Assembly: GCA_012295275.1 (NCBI GenBank)
Contig: CM022670.1
Coordinates: 39,184,001 to 39,248,000 of the forward strand
DNA: 64,000 nucleotides
Reading direction: 5' to 3'
Source of the DNA: Chrysomallon squamiferum
Taxonomy: Eukaryota > Animalia > Mollusca
In this document: positions 32,001 to 45,226 of the stretch, one piece after another
Position numbering within the stretch: the first letter of the stretch is position 1
Layout of the letters: the number at the start of each line of letters is the position of its first letter
Made by a program: the position numbers and the translations under genes
The notes under the pieces: generated by a model
What the model saw: the letters and a program-made list of their open reading frames with translations, nothing else
The model's database searches: none
What the model was told of the DNA's origin: nothing

Positions 32001-35000
32001 GTTTTGTCTTACACAAACTGTAATTTTATATATTACCTCTATATATACTGTTTATTTATACACTTAATCTAAATATACTGCAATCATTGTAAATAGCGGC
32101 AAGATACAAAGATTAAATAAATTTCTATATTTTTAGTAAAGGACAAACATTATGTGCAAGTATATATATTATTTATTTAGGCTTTTTGTTTGATTCCCCA
32201 CATATACATTTTTTGCATCTGTAATTTATTGTACAACTAATTCAAATACTTTATTTTATTTTAAGAAGTGATAATCATTTTAAATAACTTTAGAAAATAA
32301 TTTGTCAATGACAAAAAAAAGAAGAAAAAAAGAAAGCTTTTTGGGATGTAACTATTTTTACCTTTTGTAAATTACTTGTTATTTGTTGTTTACATAAATA
32401 TACCGTTCAAAGTTACTTTTATAGCATTTAGTTGCTGGTTTAAAGCTAAAAAGACCATTTTGAAAACAGTTTTTATTTAAAAAATAATAATTAAATAGTT
32501 GTTATTGAACTATTTTGTTTTGTTGTGGGTTAACATGAAATCAAGACATATGAATCCATTACTCACGAGAGCAAAGGGCTGAGATATAATAGTTATCTTC
32601 GTTTAGGTTTTAATACATATCTAGGATTGTCATTCTAATCTTCACAGCATAATACTGTTATCTCAAGACTGTAACCGGTTATTCCCTACATACATCTAAA
32701 AACACAGTCTTTATATGCTACATCTACATATACTGTTTCATTATACTATATCAACAAATATGTATTTTTATACTAATTTACATATACTGTGCTTTTGGAT
32801 TACGTTTTAAAATATATTGAACTACAGCAGCATATATTTATCTTTCTACTGTATCTCTGTATACTACTGTAGTTTCATGATATACTTCATGTGCTTTTCT
32901 TTACATTATCACTACAATCATGCTTTATCTGTATCTTTACACATCTACATACTCTGTGTTTGTATATTAAGTACACCTGTTTCTTTATACTTCAATACAT
33001 CTAGATACACAGTATTATTAATTACAGTACATTTGCATGTACTTAAGACATATATATATATTTAAAATCTAGAAACAGATATCTTGGTACTTACTAGTAT
33101 AAGAAGCTGTAGATTCAAATTATAGTCATATTGCTTCTTATGTTAGAGGTACTAGGATGTCTATGCATACTCTCATTTACTTATGTTACCAATGTAAGTA
33201 CACATAACAGTCTGTTTAAGCTATTAATATGTATGTAAGATATATCAGTTTTATTATCAATACACTAGAGAGTATCATTATGCTGACAGTATATTCACGT
33301 TCTGTGTATTTGTGTTACAATATATGTGCAGTGTGTTCAAATGATTAGATATCCATAAATATTGTGTGATTTATGTTAGATGTGATAAAAATAACTAAGC
33401 TAATGTTACCAGCAGGTGCTAACACATACTCAGTGCAGTATTACATCTACATATTCATGCAGCACATAAAAAAAATAATAAATATTAAGTAGAGAAGAAG
33501 ATAGATGCATCTCTGGAAGTTAAAGCAGAAAACAATCAAACATGAGAATTAAATGTTTAAGTACTACACAACTTTCCCTCCTCCTTAGAAATATATTTGA
33601 CAAAAACTGTAGGAAAAACTAACATCAGGAAATATAAAATTCATTAAAAAAAATCATTATTTTTAAAACACGAGCATAAATTATAGCAAAAATATGTTTG
33701 AAAATGTTTTCTAAATCATTAGGATATAAAGTAGAATATGATATCAAACAAAATCCATTATGTAAAAGATAAAACAGATTTAAAAATGTTTTTGTTTTAT
33801 ATAAAAGATAATATTTTGTAAAGTATACTCAGAATAATGAAGAACAACACATCAGAATATGTTGAGAAAATGAAAATGCCACTGCCTTGCAGAGATGCAA
33901 CTGTAATTACAAATATTAAATTCAAATTAAAAAAGCATACTGATTAACAATACAAGGGTTAAAAAGACGACAACATGCAATTTTATATTCATCACCAGTT
34001 AGTCAGAATGGTAAAGAAGAATGAAAATAGAAGCTAAAGCTGTAATGGCTTCATGTCAGCCTTGAATGAGAAGCTTGTATGCGAAGTTGTATGAATACCT
34101 TTTTTGACAGACTTTTTCGGAGGGAGAAGAAACAAAATGGAGAGTGTTATTACAATGTGCCAAAAACTGTGGGTGTATTTATAATTCTCTTCAGTCTCCA
34201 CAGTGGAGAATATTACAATTCCCACTAAGGCAAAAAGCAATCCAGGGATCAAGAATTTTATCCAGCGTTGTTTGGAAGGGAAGCATCTTCGATATTTGAT
34301 CATCCGATATGACTGAAATATTTAAAAATAAAGAAAAAAATTTTTTTATTAAATTTTTAAATCTTAATGTTGGCTGGATTGTATAAAGATAAATAAATAT
34401 ACATTTTTTTTTTTTTCATTAAGATTTGTTTTTACAAGGAATACTGAGATTTCTGGAAACATTTAAAAACAAAAAAATATATTTGATGTGCTTTCTTTTA
34501 ACAAGAGAAATAAAAATTTAGATATCAATACAGTATAAGCTTCAGTTCACTTTTCTAACCTGAACAATTCTTTTTTTTTTTAAATCTCAGAAGGATTAAG
34601 ACAAAACTAGCTATGAATAATTATTATTATATGAAAACATGTATCTGTTTATCAACTATCTCCTCAGTTAAACAATTATTTGTTTTAAAATGGAGAATAG
34701 ATTAAAATAAAAACAATGAATAGCATAGGGCACATAAAAATATATATACTTATCTGCATCCAACCTAAAATTAACAACATTTTTGAACTTAGAAAGGATT
34801 AAAATAAACAGTAATAAATATATTATAGAAAGAAGGATCAGTCCTCAGTTAAAAAAAAAAACAATTAGTCACAAATATTTTATTTGTTTAGTAGAATTTA
34901 CTAAGTTTTATATTTAAATTTTAAACATAATTAGAAAAGAATGCACAGAAAGATGTACAACATTTGAAAATGTGATTTTTTTTTTTTTTTTTTGGTCTAT

Positions 35001-35708
35001 TAAAAAAAACTCATTGAAAGCAAGTTACCCAGGATGCAATTGTAACAGTGGCAGACACTGCGATTGGAAGTACTGATTCCCAAAGACCATGTCGATCGAA
35101 GTTCATGAGGACTGCCACCATGAGAACTCCAAACATGTGAAAACACGAACGCACTGTGTCAGGGATTTTGGCCATTGCTAGAAACACCATCCAAAATGAC
35201 ATGAAGGATCCAAGAAAATCAGCAAATCCAAGCGTGTCATATTCCAGTATGCAGTATTTGTATATATGGCTGCTGTCACAGGCATGGTAGAACTGATAAA
35301 AAAAAAAAAAAAGGATACACACTCATATAAATAAACATAGAAATTAAGCTTATTCAAAGTAACAGTAACTAAAATAAAATAAATAATAATGTTTTAGACA
35401 TAACATAGCTTTCGTGTATCTTGTTATGAAAATTTAAATGAAATGTGCAGTTTTCATCGTTTGTATATGATTATTCATTTAATAAAACAGACAATTACCG
35501 ATAATGTAAAATACATGAATATTTATAGCCACAACAAACATCTATTTACAAATGCTGGATAACAGATAATAAAACATTTTTCAAAATAAAACCTGCTTTA
35601 ATTTAATCAATTTCATATTTCATATTACTGACAAAGGTGTAGCAAATATTGAAATATTTTGTTGACATTTTCATTTTATAAAATGAACCATTATTTTGTC
35701 CTAATTTT

Positions 35709-35741
<33 letters not shown>

Positions 35742-38700
35742 AAATATTCCACACAGTAAAGCAACACTTACAAGAGAGAAGAACATGTTGAAAAAGAACA
35801 CAATGCTCTCGATGAAGTAATGTCGTTTAAATGCCAGAACAATTCCTGGGATGAAAAAGAGGTTACTAAGAGAAAGCATCAGTGTAGCAAGCAGCTCTTC
35901 AGACAATGAATTAGCTTTTGATCCATCTGTACATCCGTAGCCTTGCCAACCTGTCAGACAGAGTATGCAAAATACTTAAAACACAACAAACAGCTTCAGT
36001 AATTTCATTAAAACAACGTTAATAAAAACAAAAACAATATTAATAAAAACAAAAGTAATATTACCAGAACATATGAAAAAAAAAAAAAAAATGATACAAA
36101 TTGATCTGATCAAGAAATAATTACACACGAGAAATGATACCATTAAAGCAGTAATAACATTACTAAAACACGAGAAATAATATGAAGTTATTAAAACAAG
36201 AAACTGTATTACGAAAAAATGAAATAATATAGATGAAATGCAAAAATACAGTTAACAAATAATATTATTAAAATACGTTAATTTATCTTTACGGGATACA
36301 TCAAATGGCTTTGAATCTTTATTAACAAGGATTGTGAATGATGTGAGGTTGTAACAGATTTACCAGCGTAACAAAAGCAGGCACTGAATTTATGAACTCC
36401 ACTGAGATATTCGTGACAAACACCATAAGGTTCACACTTTTCAAAGCATGGGTTCTGTACCACAGAAAACTGTACTGCTGGATGTTTCACACATTTTACA
36501 ATTCTTCTGAAACAGAACAACAGCAAAATTTTACATATCATAATTCCTAAGTAATGATGATAAATTTTGTTTCTGCGATTTATTAGTTGTTTTCTTTATA
36601 TCCAATTTAAAGAAAGAATTCTGGTGAAAAAGCAGTTACTCGTTTGAACTATTTTAATTCACTAGTACAGAGATATGGTGACAGAGTTTTTTTTTTTTTT
36701 TCAGGTCTCATGGGTTATTTGCAACTACAAGGTGAATTCTTTATAATCACTTTAAAGACAAAATTCTCATGTAAACAATTTACAATATGAAATATTATAA
36801 TTCACTAATAAAGAATTATGATGCAATAGTTATCTTTTATCAATTAGAAGCCAAATTCTTTATAATCAGTTTAAAGAAAGAACTCTGGTGTAAATATACA
36901 CTGTGAATGAAATTCTAGATGTGTAGAATGTCATCAATGAAAACTCTAGTCTCATTTAGGAATTCTAAACCAGTTTTTTAATTAATCATGGTTTTGGGGT
37001 TAAAGAAAAAAAAAAAAAAAAAAAAAAAAAAACGGTAATAAAGTAGTGACTGTGATTTCAGATTTTGAGATGATGCTGGTTTAACTTACTCATTTTTATT
37101 ATCGCTGTAGCATACACTTCTGATTGCCAAGTACCAGGTGCCACTTTCAGGGTATGGTATATAAACAGTTCTGTTCAAATTGGATACGCTGTCTACTTTG
37201 AGCAGGATTCCACCAGAACAGTTCATCAGTGTCTTTTTGAATGGGATGCGATCCTTCATCACACACAACAACACAGCTGTTTGCTGAAACTAAACAAGTT
37301 TAAAACTGATGTAAGTTATACACCTCTCTGAAACAACATCAGTTCTCTGAAACTAAACAAGTTTAAAACTAATGCAAGTTATACATCTCTCTGAAACTAC
37401 ACAAGTTTAAAACTGATGTAAGTTATACATCCCCCTGAAACAACATCAGTTCTCTGAAACTACACAAATTTAAAACTGATGTAAGTTATACATCTCTCTG
37501 AAACAACATCAGTTCTCTGAAACTACACAAGTTTAAAACTAATGTAAGTTATACATCTCTCTTAAACAACATCAGTTCTCTGAAATTATACGTTTAAATT
37601 TGATATTAGTTATACACTCTCTGAAACTACATTAATATAAAATTTTGGGATATTTTTTTTATTTTTATTTTTTTTAGTAGTAGCCCAAGATTTTTATATT
37701 TTAGTGATGTAACAGGAATTTTTCTGTAATAGGTTTGTGTTTCATTGTTTGTTTTGATTTTTAAATGTGTTAATTTCCTTAAATAATGTTGTTTTGGGGT
37801 TTTTTAAAAATATTAAATCACCTTTATATTAGCTATCTAAAAGAAAGAACAATGACAGTGATATGAAAACAAAAGCATATCTTATTCCCTGGAGTTTAGT
37901 ATCATAATAAATAATACATTTTCATTTCCGACTAAGGTTTTAAAAAAAAAAAGCCATACACCAATATTCTAGATAATTGTAAACAGGGGCTTGAAAAAAA
38001 TATTTTTCAAAAATAAAACAATCAAACATTTATATAACCTCGTATGGATGAAGGAATGTGATGTTAATCATGATGGTTCCTCCAGTATCTTCTCCTTCTG
38101 TTATTCTGAAACTCGTCATCATGGAGAACCTGTCTGAGATGAGGAGCTCGTTTTCTGGGTCTGGCAGAAGACCCAGGTTGTGGAAGAAGAAGACTGACGT
38201 GAACGAGGCAGCTTCGAAGCTGTACTTGCCGAGATTCGTGGCAGAGATGCAAGAAGCATTGAACAAGTTGGCAAGCTGTAAAATGTTTATGGTCAGGTTC
38301 TCGTGTGTTGTGTCATTGACTAGTTTCACTTGTTTGAACAGCCCAAACTGTTCACATCCTGCGTCAAAATGAAAAAATGAATAAATAACATGAACTCTCA
38401 TACTTCTGAAATCGTCCAGAGGACGATCTCAGACGAAGTAATTAAACAACCTGTTTAACAAAACACATGATTAATATCTTAATGAACGAAATACATTTTT
38501 CATACATTGTTACCTACAGCTATAAAAGATTATTATAGTTAACGACAATATAAATCCACTGCTAAAATGAAACAGTCAGATTCTTCTTCAGTTAGCTGGA
38601 AAACTGGTGTAGAACACAGACTGTTACTAGAGGACAGACAATAACTCAGTGACAGAGCTGTGATCCAGGCTTCCTAACAAATCTCTTCTTGAATTCCCTT

Positions 38701-41700
38701 TTTTCATCTTTCCTTATTTTTTTTTATTTTTCCTCTACAATTTTCTACATCATATTATTTGTATATAATTTTGTATGATATTGTAAGACAATGATTCAAG
38801 GCTCCCAAACAGTGACACTGTCTTTGATCTGGGGTTAAAAAATAAAAATAAAGCTTGTTTGTGCTACAGATTAGCAATGTAACTAATGAGCTATAATCTA
38901 ATTGTTTCAAAAATTTAAGAAAAAAAAAAAAAAAAAAAAAAAATAAAGATATACAGTTACATATTAATTATTATAAAAAGGTAACATAATAACATTTTTT
39001 TTTTTTTTTTTTTTAGCAAATAATTGAAATTTAAATTTAAAGTTTAATACTGGCTTCTGTTAAAATTATTTTTTACAATAAATAAAATGCAAATAACAGT
39101 TTACCATAAACAGTGAAACGGATATTGAACGAAAAACCATCATAATTGTCTAAGGCATTATCTGTGACAACTTTGAGAAAGCTCCATTTTCCTATAGCTG
39201 GTGACTCCACTGTCAGGTGACATGTGACATTGTGCTCAGAACAGTTATGGTAAGATGACAGGGGAGATGGCAGTGATATTTCAGACAAGGTCAGTAATAC
39301 TGGACAAACATCAAACAATTTTATCTTCTTTCCAGCTCGTACCGAACAACTCTCCAAAATAATGTCATAGGTAACAACATTATCTGGTACTTGAAATCTA
39401 AAGAATGGATGGAAAAGAAAATGAATGAGATAAAGAGATACACATTTATAAAACACTGAATAGTTTATTTAAATGTATTTAAAAATAAAATAATAATAAA
39501 AAATGATAATAATAATAATAATAACAAAACAAAAATTTTACGTTTTGAAACTCTGATGTACCTAGTAAAATTTATTGATTTAGAATATCTATACTGAAAA
39601 TATTGTTTTTAAAATACAAATTCTTTTTTAATATAAATAAAAATATTATACCTTTAATTTAAAATAAAAAAAATATTTACAAAGAAGACTGACAGTTTTA
39701 TATTACATTACCAGAGTTATTTTTCAAATTTATTTAAATCACACTGATATTAAAAGAACCCCTTTCTACAAACTGACAATTTAAAAAAATAATAAGTAAA
39801 TAAATATAATAATCATAATAATAATAGTAAGACTTGTTTTAACACCTACTAAGCTGCTCAAAGGGCCATAATTTACCAATAATAACAACAACAATAATAA
39901 TAATAATAATAAAATTAAAATAAAAATAAATAATTTTTTTTTTTTTTTTAGAAAGTCCTGAGGAAATTCACCTAAATAATCGTTCGGTTTCATTTCTAAG
40001 GTTTATCATCTGATTATCTTCTACGGCAATATCCCACACATCTGTCAAAATCTTGTTCACCGCAATCACACTTAGAACATAACAACAGTCCTTTGATAAA
40101 CCCTGAGAAAACAGAAGACAAAAAAACATGTATATGAAATTAATTTATGCCTGACTGTCAACATGTTCTTGAAAGTTTATAAATACATTTCTGAAATAAC
40201 AAATAACATAACATATAAATAATAAATTTACTGAAAATATGAGTAACTCTTAAGCTAAAGAATTTATATATATATATATATATATAAAAAAAAGCCATTA
40301 GAATAATTAGAATAATTTAAAGGAAAAAAAGTCTTGCATGCTCTTTTTTACAGGTAATTCCCTGCTCGTTGCAAAATGATTTCTGTCAGAATTTTAAAAT
40401 AAAAGAAAAAGAAGATAAATGAAGAAATGGTACGTATTACAGACAAAACTTTGATATTTTAGATTTGTTTATTCATCTTTTCAAATGTGGAAGATTAAAA
40501 AATGGGGAAAAAAAATGGGAAAATTTCAGCTGAAAAGCAATGATTTGTGCATTAGATCTGATGTAATTATAAGAAAAATGTAAACTAAAATTAAATGTCA
40601 TTACTTCTTTCTTTTTCTTCTGCTCGTTGAGGTCAGCAAATGTATCTTATTTTCAGTGTTCTTCTTTACATAACATTTAATAAACACAAATCACAACTGA
40701 ATTCACATTAATCATATTTTAATAAAAATGTAAGCAGATATACATCAGAAACTAAATTTCACTGATCGGTGTATATCACCATCTTTAAACAGGGGAAACT
40801 GCTGAAAAATAATTTTAGACATTAATAAATAAAATAAAAAAATAAAAAAAAAAAATAAAAAATAAAATAAAATAAATTTTAATAACATAAAATAAAATAA
40901 AATAAAGTAAAAAAATAAAAAAATAATAAAATAGAACAAAATTTAAAAAATAACTAACTAAATAAATCATAATAAAAAAAAAAATTTTTTTTTTTTTTTT
41001 TTTTAAAAAGGATAAGAATCATAAATAAATAAATAAATAAATAAATTTTATTTACCTTTTGTGACAAACGTTTGGATCCCTTTCTGTAGATATATGATCC
41101 AATATACCAGGTTCCTGATTCTGGCAGATCAATGATCTCCTGAACTGTTTCATTATCAGATGGAACTGAATAGTGATTAAGATTTGTTCTCTCAATATAA
41201 AAGTGGTCAGGAAATTCTGCATTTTTTGGATTGACGATTGGAAACCCACCATGCTGAAGAGCACTAAAATAATAATTTAAAAAAAAAAAAAATCTAAAAA
41301 CAAATTACACATGCTGAGAATCCTTTAACGAAAATGCTTCGAACTGAAAGTGTTTGGAATCTGGGAATATAAGGCGATAAATTGAGAAAAAGATCTGAAG
41401 TCTAAACATGAATTATGTTCATATTTAATATAGTGTGGGTTTTTTTTTAATACAGTTTTAAAATAATTTTGTGAAGAATATAAATCTTCTAAATGCTGCT
41501 TGGATGAAGTATCCTTAACCTGTAAAATTTCTTATTATTATTATTTTTTTTTTTTTTAGTTATATATATAAAGTAAACAAATTTGATTGCATATATACAC
41601 ACACACATACATATACATATATACATCGTATGGATAATAATATGTGATTGTGATTCAAATGATTTTATTGCATATTTATTATTAACCTAACAGTTTCCAG

Positions 41701-41704
41701 AATT

Positions 41705-41735
<31 letters not shown>

Positions 41736-42415
41736 TTTCCTACACTGAAATAGTCTTCCTCTCGCAGTTTGTAGGAACAGATGCTGCTTGAAATCTTAGT
41801 ATGAGTTCCTCAGTGTTGGGTGGAACATAAATTGACATCAAGGAAACATCTTTGTATGATGAGTAGTCATAAACTTCGTTTTCAAAAGACCACCGAACTT
41901 CGGCCTTATACAAGTTATCAGCACCTATAAAATATATATTATATTTATCAGAATTAATTAATTATAATACATCTAAAGCCTGTTTGGGGATTTTTTATTT
42001 ATTATTTTTTGTTGTTGTTGTTGTTGGTAAGGGTTTTTTTTTTTTTTTTTTTTTTTATCAGCTCCAAGGCTTTTTCATTTAAACTTTTCTGTAGAAAATG
42101 CCTCTGTCAAGCAAGCTACGTTTCTTTTATTGAGCTAGTTACACTTTTACCACCATATTCCAGTGTCATGATAATTATAGTGGCAAAGAAGAGCTACATT
42201 ATGGTGTGTCACGTAGGAGACAAGCACAGTAATTCAATCAACTCGAATCGTTCCATTGAGCATGATCTAATCTATTAAATTATTCAGACTAACTTTATTA
42301 CCGTATTTCGTTAAATTATCTCTATTGTTTACAATTATTTATTATACTTACCAACATCGACATTGGTTAATATTTGCACAACATAAATAAAACCTAGTTT
42401 AATTAATAATATCAT
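29001..42415 (-). CDS. PGAP6: PGAP6/TMEM8-family protein (signal peptide, ectodomain, EGF-like domain, 7TM CREST/myomaker-type domain), about 762 aa
   Basis: In-phase exons: 42352-42415, 41744-41924, 41056-41263, 39972-40102, 39105-39397, 38039-38358, 37090-37283, 36364-36506, 35772-35950, 35029-35292, 34099-34312, 29001-29098. Motifs: [23 protein letters not shown]-like [11 protein letters not shown]...[43 protein letters not shown]. Probably co-orthologous to vertebrate TMEM8A/TMEM8B. Confidence 0.92.
29994..31287 (+). mobile_element. Decayed Mutator-like DNA transposon (FLYWCH + MULE transposase, Phantom-like) in the last intron of PGAP6
   Basis: G-tract-rich foldback left end at 29994-30200. 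FLYWCH-like peptide at 30370-30590. MULE core [18 protein letters not shown], then MDFE and CLYH. Degenerate right end at 31261-31287. Flanked on both sides by AATAATAAT. Confidence 0.88.
30370..31175 (+). pseudogene. FLYWCH-MULE transposase pseudogene
   Basis: [11 protein letters not shown]...ECEIHKR...CKAKV...NEHTH, then PQQILA...[11 protein letters not shown]...*...[22 protein letters not shown] and CLYH across different frames. At least three frameshifts, an internal stop and a 3' truncation. Confidence 0.88.
32620..33460. repeat. Highly degenerate minisatellite-like tract (recurring tacatctacatatactgt-like words)
   Basis: Loose recurrence roughly every 27-30 bp; the period was judged by eye. 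Confidence 0.4.
37284..37632. repeat. About 63-bp minisatellite (5-6 copies) beginning at the PGAP6 exon 7 acceptor
   Basis: Unit ctgaaacta(c/a)acaagtttaaaactgatgtaagttatacatctctctgaaacaacatcagttct, with some shortened copies. Confidence 0.92.
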
Positions 42416-42419
42416 GTTA

Positions 42420-42560
42420 GAAAAAACTGATATCTTTGTCCAAGTACAAAACAAATACGAAAGTTGAGAATTCCCATTATTTCTTCTACGTAAAAATCCA
42501 CGGAGATAGGGTAGATAACTCTAAATGTAAAATTAACCACCACCCAACACACATGGGTCT
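42420..42560 (-). promoter_or_regulatory. Putative PGAP6 promoter
   Basis: CpG-retaining segment immediately upstream of the signal-peptide exon. Confidence 0.35.
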
Positions 42561-44501
42561 TGATAAATTATTTCATGTCATTTAGATTTCTCAAACTTTA
42601 CTATTTATTCTATCGTTCAGTTTATGTGACCAGATAAAACACATTAATATAAATAATCTTCAGTCAAATTTAATGTCATTTTACTTACAGTTTTACAGCA
42701 CAAAAAAAACAAAAAACTTATAATAATAATAAAAATTACAATAATAACTAAAAAATAAATTAAAACTTAAATAATAATAAATAAATAAAATATAAATAAA
42801 TTGAAAAATTAATTTAAAATAAAAATGAAAATTATATAAAATTAAATAATAAAGAAAACAATAATAATAAAAAAATAAAAAACGAAAATAAAATGTAAAT
42901 AAAATAAAAATTTAATACAAAAAAAAAAAAAAATAAATAAAAATATAAAATTAAATACAATTTTTTTTTTAATGAAATACAAATTTTTTTTTAATGAAAT
43001 ACAAAAAACTAACAACACCCAGACATATAAATAAAGAAAGATAAAACTATATAAAAATGATGTTCTTGTATTATATGCATGCTTTGTAGGGAATCAAAAT
43101 TCATGTGAGGCATTTCCCCAATGGCATGTTGTGAGTGTGTATACATTGTATATGGAATTATTCTGTGGATAGGCAGACAGGAATCTCTGTGTCTATCCAT
43201 CTTCTTTCTTTCATGTTTTGACTATCATAAAACATCTCAATACTATTGTTGAACACAGCTAACTGAAAATTAATGTAAAAAGTATCTTTAGTGAATTACA
43301 TATTTTAACATTTATCTCAGATCTCTGTAATGAAACATTAGGTATTAGAAACCATATTCTTTTTTTTTCAAAATTTAGTAATGGAAACACTACTCAATAT
43401 ACATGAACTGGGGAGGAACAGGCTAATTTCTTTCAACGTATTTGAAGTGATGAACATATCTTTCATTATAACAAAGCTCTTTGCAGGGAACTGCCTTATT
43501 GAGCTCTAATAGTATGTCAATAAAAAGATTCTACAGATAGATGAACAGATGTTAATCAACCTTTCCTGATTTACAATTATTGCTTAAATATTAAAATTAC
43601 CTAAATATTAGTCACTTGAGGTGCAACTTCCTAATCATTCTGAAAGACGATTCCAAAACCAATCACACATATATAAAGTAAGAACAACTAATGTAGATTT
43701 TAAAATTTATTTTCTTTATTAATCAATATTCAACTTTCATTTTCAGAATAAATGTTTTATTATCATTTGAAAAGAATGTTAAAAACAGACTAATTCAATA
43801 GTGACAATCATTCAGCAAAGTAATTTTTAGTGTTCATATTGAAAAATACATTGTCATACAGGTTTTCTTTACTGATTATAAAAAGATTTTCCTTACTGGA
43901 AATCAGGTTCTGACAAGATGATTCATCCAAAATTTATTAACTGAAGACTAACTTTTAAAAAAAAAAAGCAGATTTACAGTTTCTTTTCTATTGGTAGAGT
44001 TTTCAGACTATTTTCCTTTATTTTCTGCTTACCAATTTATATACACAATTATACTTAAACAAAGTTTGATAAAAACCATTAACTATGTAAGTTGTAAAAT
44101 CTTTAAACATCTGATTCTAACATGTTTATAAATATAAAAAAAACAAACAATACATTTCATGCATTATGCAAGCAAGTGTTTAAAATGCTGTATTTCTTAT
44201 TAAGTCATTAACAATAATGTATTCACCAAATGTTTACACTATAGAACTCGGCTGAAACCAAACAAGAACAGTAAATAATAACCAATATTCTAAATAAAAT
44301 AGTAACAGTACAATGTGTGTTTCCATTGATGGAAACTATGTTTGGGATGACATAACACAAGAAACAAAATTTCAGGTTTTTTTTTTTTTTCTTCTATTCT
44401 TGACGTGATCCAAACAGTTAAACTGAATAAATGAACACAGTAAAACTAAACTAGTTGTTATCCTGTAATTGTCAGTTCCTGGAATATTCTCTTCATTTTT
44501 A

Positions 44502-45226
44502 TCAAACTACATCCATATCATCAAAGATCATTTCATCCTCTGAACCTTGACTACCACTACTGATTTCAACATCATCAAAGTCAAAAAGTAATTCTTCGTT
44601 GTCAGTTCCATCATCATTATTTGAAGTTGCTGGATCATCATCAAGTGATACCACTGCAGATGTTTTATCATCTGAAATTCCTGGGCTTTTGATGCTTTGT
44701 CCTGCTACAATATGAGCAGGTGCATCAGCTGCAGATTGTGGAGATGGATTCTTTGTTGTTCCATTGGAAATGTTTTCACCAGATACTGCCAAATGTTCAG
44801 GCTTTTCTTTCTTTGTAGTCTCACCCATCTTTCTAAAACATGGTGTTAAACTTCCAGGATTAATATATTTTTTATTTTCTAGTTTTTCCTTCTTCAGCTC
44901 CTGTCTCTGTAGCATCTCCTCAATCTGTTGTTGAGAATAAGAATGAACAGACTTCATATGCTGCTTCAAAGAGCCGAGAAGTAAATGGTGACAGCCACAG
45001 ACAGGGCATGTCCAATAAGAAGTAAATTTAACATGAAAATCATCCCAGTGTTGTTTGAAATGTTTGTAAAATTTCCCTTTACAGTCTTTAACAGGACATG
45101 CTGCTCCACTGTCATCATACCACACAGTGATTTCCTTGGATGAATCAGAACTTGATGGCTTTGTTTTGTCATCTTTTGACACTTCCTTTGGTTGTGAAGC
45201 TTGTGTCTTCGAACAAGTTGTGGAAT
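44502..45226 (-). CDS. Terminal exon: third paired zinc-finger module plus acidic tail
   Basis: Acceptor tctttcag at 45227; phase 1. VWYDDSGAACPVKDC..HWDDFH..WTCPVC..HMKSVH..NKKYINPG; stop at 44502. Confidence 0.8.

Noticed and set aside
36590-36900. Three loose ~45-bp direct repeats (ttctttataatca.tttaaaga.a.aa.tct..tgtaaa)
   Set aside because: An old degenerate intronic duplication with no sign of function.
38405-38432. Hammerhead ribozyme (GTCC-aga-GGAC resembles stem II)
   Set aside because: The core boxes read CTGAAATC and GATC instead of CTGANGA and GAAA.
42100-42280. Possible intronic snoRNA in PGAP6 intron 1
   Set aside because: No properly placed C/D or H/ACA boxes on the host strand; CpG retention is explained by promoter proximity.
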